A stretch of 60,704 bases of DNA, counting the filler, from Dimargaris cristalligena (lineage: Eukaryota): NCBI GenBank assembly GCA_003614675.1. It is 3 parts of 3 records of this genome, joined end to end, with 100 filler letters (N's around TTAATTAATTAA, not from the genome) between each part and the next. Parts side by side here need not be neighbours in the genome. Positions count along the whole stretch, not along the records: positions 20,322 to 40,492 come from ML002704.1; 2 more parts are not named here. The stretch is one strand, 5' to 3'. Position 1 is the first letter of the stretch, and the number at the start of each line of letters is the position of its first letter. The translations under genes and the position numbers were made by a program. Under the pieces are notes generated by a model. The model ran no database searches and was not told the origin of the DNA. It saw nothing but the letters and a program-made list of their open reading frames with translations. This document shows positions 22,141 through 36,424 of the stretch, in pieces.

Positions 22141-25100
22141 GAAATTTAATATCAATTCACAATAGGATGATCAGACTAACAATAATAGTTAGGCCCTACC
22201 ACGAAGCCCGCTACATTGCCTATTGAAAGGGATTTGGCCCTGTCAGTTATTACAATGCAATACCGGCGTAACTGAGTATACTCTACAATACTAGCCCTAC
22301 CACCTACCAGATGGACACCAATTAGACACGACGTAGTCGATACCAACCACAATGCCCTTAATATTAAGGCAAGGCCCGGTTATTTCAGGATTTTCTTAAT
22401 CTATTGACGAACTGGGAATGACTTATAGCCACCGCAGTACGGTTGTGGTTTAACATTTAATATACACCGCTGGTTTTTTATTTTGGTGACAGTAGTAAGT
22501 TAGGGAAGAGGATGGGACGCCCGAATTGTAAATATTGAATGATCCAGTGGCTGTTTTGGACACCATCTTGGACTCGATACTACAATGGGGTCTCCAATGA
22601 GCCATCACACATTCAAACCTCGGACTATTGTTGTGATTTCCACTACCGTTGCTAAGCCTTATCCCTACATTAATGGTCTCATTTAACTGTACTAGTGGGT
22701 CCCCATCTGTAATGGGCCATTGCGTTGTCGGCATCATAGACAAAAGAGTACCTACAAGATTAATGCTAGAGTTTTATTTAGACAAGTAAGCGGTAGTAGA
22801 TTCCATTAGTAAAGTGCCAGTCACACGATTTAGAAGGTACTATGCCTGACAATACAACAGTGCCCAAATTCCCAGGATGACCCAATTGGCATCTTGAATC
22901 TGAAGGGGCATCCATTGTAATGACTACGGATACCACTTGCATACTGGTTAGCTGTTCAGGTGACTAGTCTATAACTCTTTGGTTGACACTATAGTATCCT
23001 TTAAATGGCATATGGCCGATTACGAATAGTGTTCATATATATAGAGGATCCTTTTAGACCGCCTGGCTAGGCCCAATACTATTTGACCTTGTCTAGTGTA
23101 AAAATATTGAACACCTTGCCTGATATATCAATGAGTTATGCCGGATTTAGTCTTATTTGTAATTTTGCCGACAATGGCTTCCTGACATTAGATATATTGT
23201 CATATCACTACTCTCACCCCTCCTACCCCTAAATTCATCTTAAATCTATTGCCAGACCAGTCTTTAATCCATCACCATTTGGGCCATGCTGCAAGTGACT
23301 AGAATTGTTTTATCATTCAGTTTTCTTCAAATGGGCTAAATAATGGTTTGGTTTAGTGTCAACCTCCAGTTCAAGGGCATTTTAGTTGCTGTCATTTTTT
23401 CTCACAGTTCACATATTATTATGTTCCCCCTTTTAGTTTTTGATATTGGTTATATAAAGCTGTTTATTGCTTTTCTGATTGAAATAATGTGCTTTAATCC
23501 TCAATATTATAACTCGCCGTGTTTAGCTAATCATCCATACATACCCTCAATGGCCATTGGCTTTGACTAGATTTCAACGTGTTCATTTACGAGGATTGGT
23601 ATAATATAGTTTGACACCTGTACCGCTCACCCGTAGCCCTCTCCCCAGCAAAAACTACCCATCAGTTTCCTCTGGTTCCCATATACTAACAAATGTCTTT
23701 CAACTAATAATGAGGCACCAGATGGCTATAAGCCTGCCTAATTCACTGCCAATGAAGGTTGTATCCATTTATTCACACAATGACAAGTGCACCTATATTA
23801 TTCCAGTTAAGCCGCTACATTTATAGTCAGATGTTCTGACAATGTTCCCTATCCTGGACTGTTCGTATTAACCACTATTGAAATTCTATTTTTCAATAGA
23901 CTACCATTTTGCAAAGTCTGTAACTTATGTGTTTTATAGAATACTTCGGGATGAGGTGATTGTTCAGCAACCTAACCACCAATATTTATATTTGGGTTAT
24001 GTCCCATAGGCACTTTATCATAGAGCAGCCTTATCACTTACATTGCCAAGAACACTGTATAGTATCTTCTACTTAATTTAATTATTAGGAAGTGGCTTGG
24101 CAAGTTGGTGTAGTGTGCTACGCATGACAACCGCATTTTTATAATCAGACACATGGGCTGATCAGTCTGGCCTCGGGCTACAGCAGTTAGTTGCTTAGGG
24201 CTGGCTTGCCAGATACTCCGTTACTGGAAGTGGCCCTGAAGGGCCTTGTTCTCTGACTATCTGCCAAGTCTCTGGGGATTCCAATCAGTACCCCGTCTTA
24301 ACTAGTGTAGTTGGTTACCTGACCCCCCCCCATCTGGCTATTCTTTTAGGCAAACCTTACCCCAATATCCGAGGACTAGATACAGATTATCCCATTCAGT
24401 CCCATCGGGAACTAGTGCTTTTATAAATATCTTAATCCGCCCAAATCCCCACCAATGTCCCGAATTTAGGTACGCCATTCCCTATATTTGAAATTCCTCC
24501 TTCACTACCAACATTCTCTGGTTGACGGACATCCCCAGTCTAGTAGGTTTCCAAATTCAGTGGACTCGCATGTGGCACTAAAGTAGTCTGCCATTGCGGC
24601 ATCCCTGGTCCTCGAGTACCCCTGGTCACATCTAGTCTAGCGTTTGACACGGGTTAACGATGGCCATCCCTGACGATAAGCTACATTGAATATGGATTCT
24701 AAACAACAAAGCTGTACTCATTTAGATGGAATGGGTGGAAACCAAGATGATGGCAATTTGAGCCAGTCTTTCTGTGTTCTGTGAAACCATGCTGCCAATT
24801 GCCCACGTTAACAAGTATAGTTTATCCACTACAATGAATCATAAATTATAATACTTTAGTCAACTGCACCCATTAAGTAATACTGCCATTACGTGCATGC
24901 CCATATAAAATCCAAAACCAAAATGCTGCCAATGTACTGTAAGCCATTGTTTAGTTATTTAGACGAGTCAGTGAGAGAAATGTAGTTGGCTGGCCAATTA
25001 TGGCGGACATTATAGGGAAAATCGAGGGCCCGGCTGAAAAAAAAACCAAAGTACGAGTAGATTTGGTTATAAAATTTGATTGGTGAGAGAGAGTAGGCGA

Positions 25101-25202
25101 GCACGCCTCTAAATCCCTATACCTATAATGATTTGAAAAAGGGAAAATGACAAACCCCAAGGAGAAGGAGACCCCAATTCCAGACCCTGGGTCAGTATTT
25201 CC

Positions 25203-27062
25203 TCAGCTTTTCTTGACTTTGATGGTCGAATCACCGTTAAAAATCCAGATACCACAAAATACTAAAAAGCTGACCATCAAGGAGCCAGCGCTGATGTAGT
25301 ACGGGTAGGCCGATACCAAATAGCGATCGTATTCATTGTGTTTGAAGGGTAGGATGGGGACCACATCAGTATGCTTCACGTGCGACAGTCCGCGGCGGAG
25401 GAAGTCGACCTTGAAGGTGAAAACACCGTAAACATCGGGCAGATCAATGATCTGACTGTAGACCGCCGCAGTACCAGTGCGCGACTCGGCCTCGAGAGTC
25501 TGGCGAACGTAGGGGTCCAACATGACGGCCTCGAATTGGAGTTGGTTCACCTGGGCTGGGTGCCACTGGTCAGCATAGTACTCACTGAGGTTAATCGAGT
25601 ACTTGATGCGGTCGCTAACGCGGAATGATCCGGGATTGGCGCTGGGGTTCGATTCCTTCTTCTCATCGCTTTCATTCGGTCCCACCACATGGTAGCTGAC
25701 GGAATTAACCCGCACGACGCTCTTTTCCTGGAAGGTCCATTCAGTCAAATCCCGCACAAACTGATCGTTGCCATTGGGTTTGGGGGAGGTAAGGACCGTA
25801 GACGAGGGAACCGGGGTAGCGAAAAAGGCATCGCTGAAGAGGCTAGTGGAGCCTACCACCATGACTCGGGCATTATTACGGGCCTGAAAGGCACTGACTA
25901 GGTGCATTTTGGAGCCAGATAAAAGGCTATCCTTGGAAGTGACGACCTGGCCTTCGGAGGTATCAAAGGAATAGGTGGTCGGATACCCAGTCAGCACAGA
26001 CCACAGCATAGTCGGTTGGGAGTTGGTCATGTGGCGGTGTCCCACGCCTTGGTAGAGAATCGGACCACCTTGGCGCACTTGATCGCCTACAATGTAGGTA
26101 GAATTGGTGTACTGATCGGTCAGAATGCGGGTGTGGTTCTCCGGATCACGTACTCCGGCTTCGGTCTCCGGTGCGGGCAGATAGTGGAAATGATCAACTG
26201 CTACGTTTCCCCTCAAGTCAAAGTCAATCCCAAGCTGCTTGGCAAAATCCCGCTGGGCCCCGCCAAAATCTGATCCCGCAGCCATGACAATATTGCCACC
26301 ATCATCGATAAACTCGACCAGGGATTTGGCCGTAATTCCGTTACCGAGTCCTGGTAGGGGAAAGTCGGCATATTAGGTCGGGATTTCATAGTAATAGGGT
26401 ATACATGAAGAAAGGGTTAATTGCGAATTTAAAGGGAAGGTGTGTGATATATGTAACAGGTGCTCGACTCAACCATAGTGCCTCTCAATAATAAACTTAC
26501 GTTTGGCTTTGGGGGCAAGAAGGACAAGGTGGTCGAATTGACGCTCGCCATAAACAAAAAGATTGAGTTTGTTCGAAGTCGCCGTTTGAAAGGTGACTGA
26601 GAAGCCGCGCGCTACAGAAGTCCAACAGGAATACCGGAATAGTCAACCCGAGGGAGTCCGCAAGGAGATCGGATCATTAAATACATGAATATATAGGGAG
26701 AGGGGAAGGTCGACATTGAATAGACGTCGCTTATTGTATGGTCAGAAGCCGGCCCAAAGACTATATACGTCAGTAATATCAAACCACTTCTTAAAAGGTT
26801 ATACTGGTAAATAGGTGCTTGGAATGAAGCACATCATCCAGGCGGACTTTAGAAGGTGTTGATAGAGACCAGGCGAACGACGGCAATGATAGATGTTCTT
26901 ACATTTTAGGGATTCGACGAATCGGCCATAATCTTCGGGCTTGGCCTCAGTAGCCTTGGGTAGCACGAGTAATGCACGATCGCCAGTTAGGGACTTGGCT
27001 TGGCCTTCGGGTATAGATGTATAGGCCAGCGTAGCGGCCAGTAAAAGATGGAAGAACCGCAT
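25203..27062 (-). CDS. WBP1: Oligosaccharyltransferase subunit WBP1/OST48 (DDOST)
   Basis: Exons 27062-26903, 26611-26501 and 26350-25203 (~472 aa). Signal peptide, QARNNARV, MLDPYVR, LPDVYGVFTFKVD, YPYY followed by a C-terminal TM helix and a KxKxx ER-retrieval tail (KVKKS). Confidence 0.96.
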
Positions 27063-28254
27063 GGCAAGGATTAGAAAACTTAATGGAACGATGTATATAA
27101 GGGTGTATATATAAATAGACAAGTCGCGCTAAAGATGAAGAAACAGGGCCGATACTGATGGGAGTAAGGAGGCCATGTCCATCTTGGCAAGACCCGCGCA
27201 ACACTACATTAAGGATATTTATGTTAGAAGCTCATTTCTCTCGCCCCACTGATTATATATACCTTAGGGTTATATCGTTTCATACTCGGGGGTCAATAAT
27301 ATTGATCTCATCTTTTACCTAACTTAATAAAACCAATGTACGGCATCCAGCGATACTACTTGCGGTTCCTTCTCTGGTTTCACACCCATTTAAGTTGCAC
27401 TAGGAAGCACTTCCAGAATTAGGACACTAACCGAACCTACCTGTACTTTAGGCACACCTGTTCTGTCTGTTCTGGTGGCATCCTAATTACCCAATCACCA
27501 TTACAATGTACACTCCATTACCTATGAAGCTGACAAGGTGGTTCCACGGATAAAATGTGGGGACACCTGTCCAAGTCATGAAATCATGACACTATCACCA
27601 AACCATTTATCATTGAAACTTGACATTCCCCTTGTTGCTGTCGTACTTAATACCACAAGGTAATATAGCCTGATAACCTTATCAGGGCCGGCTGGAGCAG
27701 TGACAGTCCGATGGTAAAACTAGCTAACTATAGGAAAACACGCACTTGGTGGTGACGATTCTTATCTGATCTTCAGACAGGGACAACTAGGCAACTGGGG
27801 ATCACTCAGGGATCCTTCTAGTACGCGGCGGAAAGGCACAATGAATGGACTTGGGCCAAATGACGACGTGGATAGAACAAAACCGGGGATCGAAATAAAA
27901 CTTAATGGTGTAAAAACCGCCTGTTTTTATTTAAGAGAATGCCCAACGGGTATTTATGTAAAATGTAACATAGCGACTTACTGGTGCTATGATGATACTA
28001 GATAATAGAATAATGAAGGCCGCCAATGTTGGCGGCTTTGGAGGTGCAAAGGCTGGGGATACGCCCCAGACTTCTATAACTAGAAAATCCTTAGACTACG
28101 AATACTACTATGAATATTGAATAATGGAAAGGTGGCCTATAAATGGGTGGGAAAAGATGAAGACTGACCTTCGGTGATGTTCTTCATCTTTTCTAAGCTA
28201 GAAATAGCTTGGCCGGGATATACTATTAGAGATTAAGCAAGCCTGGCTACAACA

Positions 28255-29890
28255 CCTTAGGCAATCACGACAGGTTTTAATGTAGGAAATTGATGGTTAC
28301 ACGCGAAGGATTTATCACAGGAATATTTCAAATATTATCTGCATATTCTAAACCACCTGTTTTCAAACACTATTGGACAAGGTCACTTTCATCTTCGCGT
28401 TTGGCGACATTGTGCTTGTAATTAGCTATACTATAGCTAAGCAGTGAGCACCTAATCGGGAGTTCAACTAATCTAGTAGGATATGGTCAGATCTATTGGT
28501 AATAAATTAATATCTGACAGGGTTTGATCTTCACAAATTCATTATATAGCAGATTCCACAGCAGGGTCTAACTGTCTTCACTATATCGACCACTATAGTG
28601 CGAAAATAGACAAATAGCCATGAGGTGTCATTCTGTGGTCACCATGAATATCAAGTTTTGTAGAAGCTACCATTGAAGAATTTTGGTACAACCACTATCC
28701 CACGACCAGGTGCCGTAAGTAGTGCCTTTGGCCATTGCATTAAGCCATTGTGGCTAGCCTTTTCCAAGTGACTAGCCTGACTCCAGGCACTTCATAATAA
28801 GATGCCATGGATCCAGTTGAATAGTTAATCTCGCTAATCCGTGGACATGGTCACTATTCCTTGTCAAGCTTCAACAATAATTTAGCAATTGGCCCATAGT
28901 TCCCCCGATGGATATATATAATGACCATGCAATTGTAAGTTCACTTAAGAGGGGCAGTCGGCTATCCTATAGCGCACCTGCTTCATACGGGTGTTATTTC
29001 GATTTCTGATAAATAGGTGGATGAACGGCCTCCCACTAAATATTATATCGGACAGAAACAAATTTCTTATGCACTGGTCCTCACACTTATAGTACTCTTT
29101 AGTGAAACATCAAAGCTTTTGATTATTCCTTCTTGGGCAGTTCCCACTTTCTCACCTCCTTCTTTTTCGTATAGCCACTCCAAGGCCGGTATTTTCCAAC
29201 TCGGGCACCTATAGCAAGGTGTACAGACCGCTCCTTGCAGAAATGCAAGCAAAACATATAATTATTCGCCCTCAACAAGGTACAAACGGCAATCCCTCCC
29301 TCGTCTTAGGGAGGGACTATACAACGGCCAACCCCTCTGCCAAGCTCTCCGAGGCAGACAAGGGTCGGCCCAATGTGCCAGCCACCCCATAATCCAAGCC
29401 CGGGTGATGCCTGCCAATGTGCAGGTTAAATGCGATACCAATAAATTTTACATTTTTCAGATTAGTTTTATTAATATGGTTGAATTCGATAAGAAGTATC
29501 CTTTTTATATTGGTATTTTGTTGGTTGGGTTGATAATTTTTGAAGTATATAATTGTATCAAAACCAGTGAAGGATAAAGACTAGTAACAAAGCAGTTGGT
29601 AAAAAGACATCTATATGCATGATAATGCCACAGTGACTGTTTAAATAATGCTGAGGCGGTGGATGTGTTTTGTTGGGTTAGATGCAAAACATTGATTATT
29701 CTAGTTAAAATCACTATACTGAAATCTATAATAATAGGGTTCATTGTATATTTCTGTGAGCGAGTGGCAACATATTCATTTGAGCTTGGGACTGGGCATA
29801 CTCATTATATGTGTTTTTCGGGTATGTATAGACGGTTCCAAACGTAGTTTGGGGATTTAATGGATTATTATATTTTACCCATAAATTGCA
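28255..29890 (-). mobile_element. Family X element, copy B; boundaries approximate
   Basis: Clearly alignable to rc 38830-40492 (e.g. 28620-28920 vs 39800-40100). Stop-riddled in all frames. Confidence 0.75.
29233..29432 (-). ncRNA. Candidate structured RNA module, copy B
   Basis: Same hairpin series. TATAAAAAG on the minus strand at 29509-29501. Confidence 0.5.
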
Positions 29891-30592
29891 CTGTTAACTT
29901 ATGTACAATACCATATATAGTATGATATCCCGCGTGGTTGCCGTACTGATAGACGCGAGGCCCCTGGCCTATCGGTGGGGCTTTAAGTCGTGGTGATTTA
30001 ATGCACAGCGACAGCTTTCATGTTGCTTCCCATCTGGGAGTGATTCAAGCGACTGTTTCTCCTGGACACTACATACACCTTACGATCACTAATATCGGAA
30101 ATCCGCCTCAGGAAGGGCAGTATGCTACCCAAACTTATTTACCAATTCGTTGTATACATTGTTTACATTCGCCCCCTGTGTACCTCGTGTTTAGACAAAT
30201 TGTTTGTATGTTGGAAAATCCCCCTCGGCTTCTATTAATTCCTGGTTGATGACGTCGCCGTTCTAGTAGAATCCCGTCCATTGGAACACGAGGAAATGTG
30301 ATATTTCTGTTTCAACTGACCGTGGTACAATATCAACAAAATACCACTAATTACTGTCCAAACCTCAAGTTACCGCCATTAGTACCCCCGAATTGCGTAA
30401 GTCTTCAGAGCGGGATTATGGAAACCGGTTGCAACCCAGCTCCTTTCGACTTTCCTCTTAGTCCAAAAGCCATACTCTACTGCCGACTACCCTTCCCTTT
30501 AAATATTAAAACACAGCACCTAGAACTGGTGGCCCATGGCTACCCGGGATTCTATTTTTCATAATTACTGGATTCGAAATATTATATAACAA

Positions 30593-30734
30593 TATGGGAG
30601 AAGTTCATTCAGGCTGTATAACGAAAAGTCCATTGGATGAGGCCAATATTACTGGTTAAAATCTATTCTCAGATATATTCACCCTTACATGTATTATGTA
30701 AAACCTTATACAGCTGGTTTGAATTTCACCCATA
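30593..30734 (+). mobile_element. 142-bp MITE, copy 2
   Basis: TATGGGAGAAGTTCATTCAGGCTGTATAA...TTATACAGCTGGTTTGAATTTCACCCATA. Confidence 0.88.
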
Positions 30735-30917
30735 TCCATCCTCTCCCTAGTCAGTATCACTGATTAGCCGAGGGAATTGTTCGGATAACTCTATTTATTA
30801 CAAGTAGCAGTGATCGTACAGTATGTGATTGAAGCTAAACAAGAACACAAGGGGGAGAGGTGGATGACACGCATAAGAATCATTCCCTTCCCTCTCTCTT
30901 TCTACAATGTCCATCCA

Positions 30918-33900
30918 TTAGGTTTGTTTCGTTCGTTTTCGTTTAACCGCCGAGAGGCTCATTGTTTTACCTGGCCGGGAAGTAGTAGTCCGGGTCAAGC
31001 GGGGTGTTTCACTAACGGATGGGGATAAGGATGGGGTCGAGGACGTATCGCCGGGCCGGGGCGACGGGCTCATTTTACGCTTGGTTGACTGCGGGGTCGT
31101 TAGCTGGGCCATGTCGCTGACTTTAGGGTTGAGCACCTTCGACATTAAAGCAAGGTAGGTGGTTTGGACCAGGGGCAGGTCAATCATGGTTTGCCCAATG
31201 GCCTTCAGTTCACCCACCGCAGGATCCATACGCCCCTTGTTTTTGCCTTTACTGCTTGGGCGGTTACATATCCAAGGGGGTAAACCCGTGGGGACGCCGT
31301 GTTGGTCGTGATCGACGGTTAGGAAATTGTGGATAAATTCGGTCGTGACGCATAGGCATTGCTGTTCTACTACCAAAATGTCCAACATATCGCGGCGGAG
31401 CTGGTTAACCACGTCCTTGTCCACAATAAGGTGGGTAAATACCTGGGTAGCCAGGGTGCGGAGTTTCTCGCGTTGCTCGCTAATTTTACAGGCAACGACC
31501 TGCGCCCCGCCCGCCTGGATTATGCGCGTGTAGCAGTCGAGTTTACGGTCACTGGCGCATAGTAAAACCCGCCAAGCCACGAAGGCGCCCCGCACGGAGT
31601 GGGTGGTCCGACTTGATTTGGTCAAATGTTCCCTCCACTGTTGTGCGGCAAAGGCCAAATTCGCCTCATCCGGGGGGATATTATGGTTCTGTGACCATTC
31701 ATAGGGGGTTTCGTCTAGAAACTTACCCTGTTTGGCACTCTCTTCGAGATAGCTAGGTTGCAGAACCCTAAGTTAAGTTATCGTAAATCGGATATTATAG
31801 AATAGCGGAGAATTAGTACTAATTTATCATTCGAGTTATTCAGGAAACTCCAAATGGGGCCCTATCATTTTATGCAGAAAATTCACAAACAGATATACAT
31901 ATGAATTTCAACTTACCATAATCCCATCGAAATTGCCGCAATCAGTTTCTCGCTACGATTGGCGTACCCGGCAATCAGGTGGGTACAGGTAGGGTCGAAC
32001 CCGTCCTTATCAACCACCCGACCGCCCAGTTTTTCTAAGAGCGCGACGATTTTCTTGCGCTTGACGGGCGGAATACTGGATAGTTGAAAGATACGGACTT
32101 TAGCGGGCGGAGCAGTCCTATTCCTGCTTTGTTTCGAAGGCGACGAGCTCCTAGAATTAACCGACAGGGATGCGTCGCGTAAGGAAATGGGAGGGGGCTC
32201 CGAGCCTAGCAAGTCCAAATTGGAATCGTTCTCGACCGACTTGGAATTAGCGGCGCGGGTCGACAAGATGTCTGATGTAGTAGTCGTTGCTGGCTTTGCA
32301 GCCTCCCCGCCGTCCGATAAATGGGTGGCGGATGATGGTAATATTCGGGCGTCCAAGTCAGATGAGGTAAGCGCAGTTTCAAAGAGGGACAGGTCGCTAT
32401 CGGCTCGGGGTAAGGGGGCCACAGGTGGTACACCCAAGGTTTTGCCCGACCGTGGAACAGTTGGGACAGTGAGGGCTGCGGCAGAGGTTGGGGACAACCC
32501 TGACTCCAGGAACGGATTCTCATAATGGGTATCAATCCCAACTTGGCTGCCAGTTCCCTGGTGATTCCCGGGGGTCTGCGTGCTGCAGCCTGCCGAAGTA
32601 CCCGATGGCATTGGTGACGCAGCAGCCTCGGAGGCCGTGCTACTATTGCTTGCATTGCTATTGGACCTATGGTGCGAAGTATCCCTTAGGCGATTAAGTA
32701 GTAGGCTTCGTTCCCGCTGGGCCTCGGGGTCTTGGTATTGGACCGTTAATTGTTCTTGTGTCATTAGGAATAGAGCCGGGCTCATTCCGCCCGTTTCCGC
32801 ACCGGGGGCAGGTGGGACTGGTGTCGACTGGGCCAGGCTATTCCCTGAATCCGGGCGCGCCGATGGCTGTGGGGCGGTAGTCGTAGGTGTGGTGGCCACC
32901 TCAGTCCATACAGGCGACTTGGCTTCAACTACAGTAGCGGGTGCCATAGTAGTAGTAGTAGTGGTGGTGGAGGTGGTGGTAGCCGTAACTTTCAGCTCCT
33001 CTGGGCCTCGGTAGCGGCGCTTTAGGGATATTTTTGGGTCTCGCAGGGTCGGCATTTTCCCCAACAGAGTCTCGATTTCGGAGGCGTAGTCCTTGACTGG
33101 TACCGCAGGGACGGGGTGAGTAGGCGGGGGAGGGGGCAGACTGGCCTCAGGGGTTGCTGGGGAGGCCGATTGAACAATAATGCTAGGGGTCTGAGGCATT
33201 GTTGGTGGGTGACTTACAGCCGCTGGAGGCGGCGTTGGTGTGGGTGGTACGGCAGCCGTAACGATTGGAGTGGAGGGTCTGGCATTCGGCTCATCAGCAG
33301 CGTTAGGGAGGGCAGGTTGGAGATTTAATAATAAACAGGGGTTGAATGTATGGGGAAAGCCCGATACCGACAACCGGCGGCCTTCTTCGAGACAGCGGTA
33401 AAGCCACCAGGGAGAGACAATCAGTTTATGCATACCCCGGGCCTGCTTGAACTCTTTGAAAGTCTCCTGCACCCGATTGCCCTGGTGTATATAATGGGTG
33501 CACGAGTCGTTCAGGGACCATACTACATGGGCTCCCATGCGGCGGGCCAAGTCGGTTAGTTCGGATCGCCGGTGATTGATCCGAGTGCTTATATAGAGTA
33601 CAGCGCCTCGCAATATTGATTCGGGTGAAGGGGGGGTGTTGGAATCTGTAGCCGAAAACGCGCTCCAAGCCGAATCTCCTGAATGCTGATAATGAGGTGA
33701 ATGCAATGAGGCGGACAATAATGGCTGGCCCGTGACACGGGCCATAATTTCACGAGTGGGGGTTTTCAGGTCCAGTAGGGCATCGGTGATGTCGAATTGA
33801 AGGCCAGAGGGGGAATCGAGGCTGAAGCGGGCGTCCCGGGTATGGCCACCAAGAACAGGGTGCATGGGAGTCCCTAGGGGAGTATGAGAGGCCGACAGGG

Positions 33901-36424
33901 CCAGTGAAATAGCTGGGGTCGGAGTTAAGGGCTCGGCTACGCTCACGGCTGGAGTGGTACTTGAGCTCGGGTCGGCTGTTCGCCCAGCTGTGGAAGGAGT
34001 GAAGGTTTCGTAGAAATTCAAATGTACTGGTGTAACGGGGGCCGGTTGCCCGGCGGGTGTTAACAAATGGCTAATCGGGGGTGAAGCTGGTTTGCTTGGG
34101 TTTATCTCAGGATGTAGTTCGACGGAAGGCTCGTCCGGCGGTGACTGTTCAACGGGACGGGCCAGTTGGTACACCCAGTCTGCCCCATGGACGGGGATGC
34201 CCCATTCCAGGGCCTTGGTATATTTGGCTCCCGAGGCGTGCAGAGCCACTAGGTGGGTGTGCCGCCGGGAGAATTTCACATTGCACGCGACTCCGAGGGT
34301 ATTAAGGAGCTTGAGAAGGTGCCCCCGTTCGAGACCTTCAAACCCACTAATGCTGATCAAACAAGATGAGAGGGCAGACAACGGCCGCGGAACTTCAAGG
34401 GGTCGGTAGTGGATCGCACTGTATTCATCATATACAATATGATCTTCTAAGCATTTTTCCAGCCAGCACTCGGTTACAATGTGCAGAGTTGAGCGGCCAT
34501 CGGCTAGGACAGGGGTATGCCGGGTCCGAGTTAGGAGGGCCTTGAAACGGTGCGGCTGGGGGACAGCATCGGCCGAGGAACCCCCAAGAGGGGTAATGAT
34601 GTAGACGACTTTAGATGGTGATGATTCACGGGTTCCTGAAGGGAAAGGCATACTTCGCAATTGATCGAGGACCGCGGCTGACTGATCCGATAACAACAGG
34701 TCCAAATCACTGTTGGTGAGGGCTGATTCCCAGATGCGGCCCCCGTGTTGGGTAATGACTCGGTGTAGTACGGCTAGCTGCTGTGAACTGAAATACAGGG
34801 TTATAAAAAGCACATGGGCCAAAAGAGCTGGGGTCTCGTTATTCGCCGACTGGATAGCCTTCGGACTCTGCTCTCTCAATGGATCTGGCAAAAGGGCTGG
34901 TAAAGGGACTGAGCCGGTACATGGTGTGGCCATAGTGCGACTAAGTAATGGGTGGACTTCACCGGCTATTTGGGGCCCAACTCGGCGAATGTAGGGCGAG
35001 TCAGGAGGACCATTCTTAGTAAATTCCGAGGTGAAGTCGTGACACGATGACTTGGCCCGCCGAATGGTATTGGGGGGCTTAGATTCCAACACCCCGGGCA
35101 CGGGGTTACTTGGCGACAGGTAGCTAGGTGTATTTATATTTTCGGCTGAGGCCGTCATTAGATTGGTTTTGCCAGAGAGGGTTGAGATGGAGGCCAGTCG
35201 CCGGGAAAGTGGGGTAGGGGTGTCGGGATTCGCACCAGTTTCCCGCCGCGCCAACAAATCGACTTCCATTGCAAATTCATTGGGGGGCTCGACGGTTCGA
35301 GGAAAGGAAATCAGATAAGGAGTAATGGGCAATTGCGTGCGCTGATGGTAACAGTCCCGCAGCCAGCGCTGATTTACGATATGGAAGCCAGAGCTGAGGT
35401 GGGAGGTGAGCAAGATGCGGTCCTTGGCGGAAAGCTGGGAGCTAAAGGTGACGAAATGGGTAATGGAGGCCGCTGGGAACCGATTGAGTCTAACCCCACC
35501 TCCTTCGTCGATTATTTTTTTCAGGTGCAGCAACTTTGTGGGGCTGAATCCGTAGCCCAGATAAATGAAGCAACCGGCCAAATAGTGGGGGGCACTACCC
35601 CCCTCTAATTTAATGGGGATATGTAAGTGCGTCCCAGTGACGGGCTGAGGCTCGGGCGTAGGAGTGAAAGTGGGAGTAGGTGACCGGGCGGTAACTGCGG
35701 TGGAATTATCCTCAGCCGGACCCTTTGGGGGGTCCGTCTCGCCCATTCGACCATCGGAGGCGGCCCGGCATAACGGCCGGCGAGGGGGGGAGTTCGGACC
35801 CTCGGGGGCAGTCGCCGCGCGTTGGAGTTTCGAGCCTGTGGAAGAGTGGGCCACTGGTACGGGATATAGGGATTCGTCCGCACAGGCCCCCATCTTCACG
35901 CTATCGTGGACCCAGTCCATATTGACGATATGAGTGCCGCCCCACCCCTGTGCCAACCGGTACTTTTCCCCCCTAGCGGCTTGGGCCACCAAATGGGTGC
36001 AGCGGGGAGTGGCAGACCGGTCGTACAGGCCGCCATGGTGGGTGATAAGGCCCTGAATTTCCGACCGAAGCGTCGTGCTGGGGAACCCGGTGAGATGCAC
36101 GCGGCAGCCAGCGAAGGGGGGTAAAAGGAACCGCTTAAGGGTCACTTCAGGATCCAAATGCGCGGAAGAAGGAGTGACCTCCTCCGCTAGGGCGTGACGG
36201 TGGGTGTACACCCATTCGGGTCGCACAATCGGCTTGGAGACCCGGACGGCTAGTTTGTACTTGTCTGAGCCGGTTTTTTCCGCGATAAGCACGTTGACGT
36301 CTTCGGTGTAATCGCCCGTATACCGACCACCACACTCTTGGATGGCAGCAGCCAGCTCTTGCCGCTGAGTAGGGCCAAGTCCCGTACTGCATATTAAATA
36401 GCGATTCAATGGACCAGGAGCCAT
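30918..36424 (-). CDS. TOPBP1: TopBP1/Dpb11/Rad4(Cut5)-family multi-BRCT checkpoint and replication scaffold
   Basis: Exons 36424-31917 and 31767-30918 (~1785 aa). Eight recognisable BRCT repeats, including a C-terminal pair (RSEKLIAAISMGLWVLQPSYLEES..YEW; GAFVAWRVLL) matching TopBP1 BRCT7/8. Confidence 0.88.

Noticed and set aside
29038-29060. KYYIGQ as a GIY-YIG endonuclease motif
   Set aside because: No upstream GIY-like motif at the right spacing, and copy C reads KHYIRQ.
32187-36124. Many antisense or alternate-frame ORFs within TOPBP1 (likewise in MCM9, WDR48 and the SH3 gene)
   Set aside because: Expected shadow ORFs of GC-rich coding sequence.
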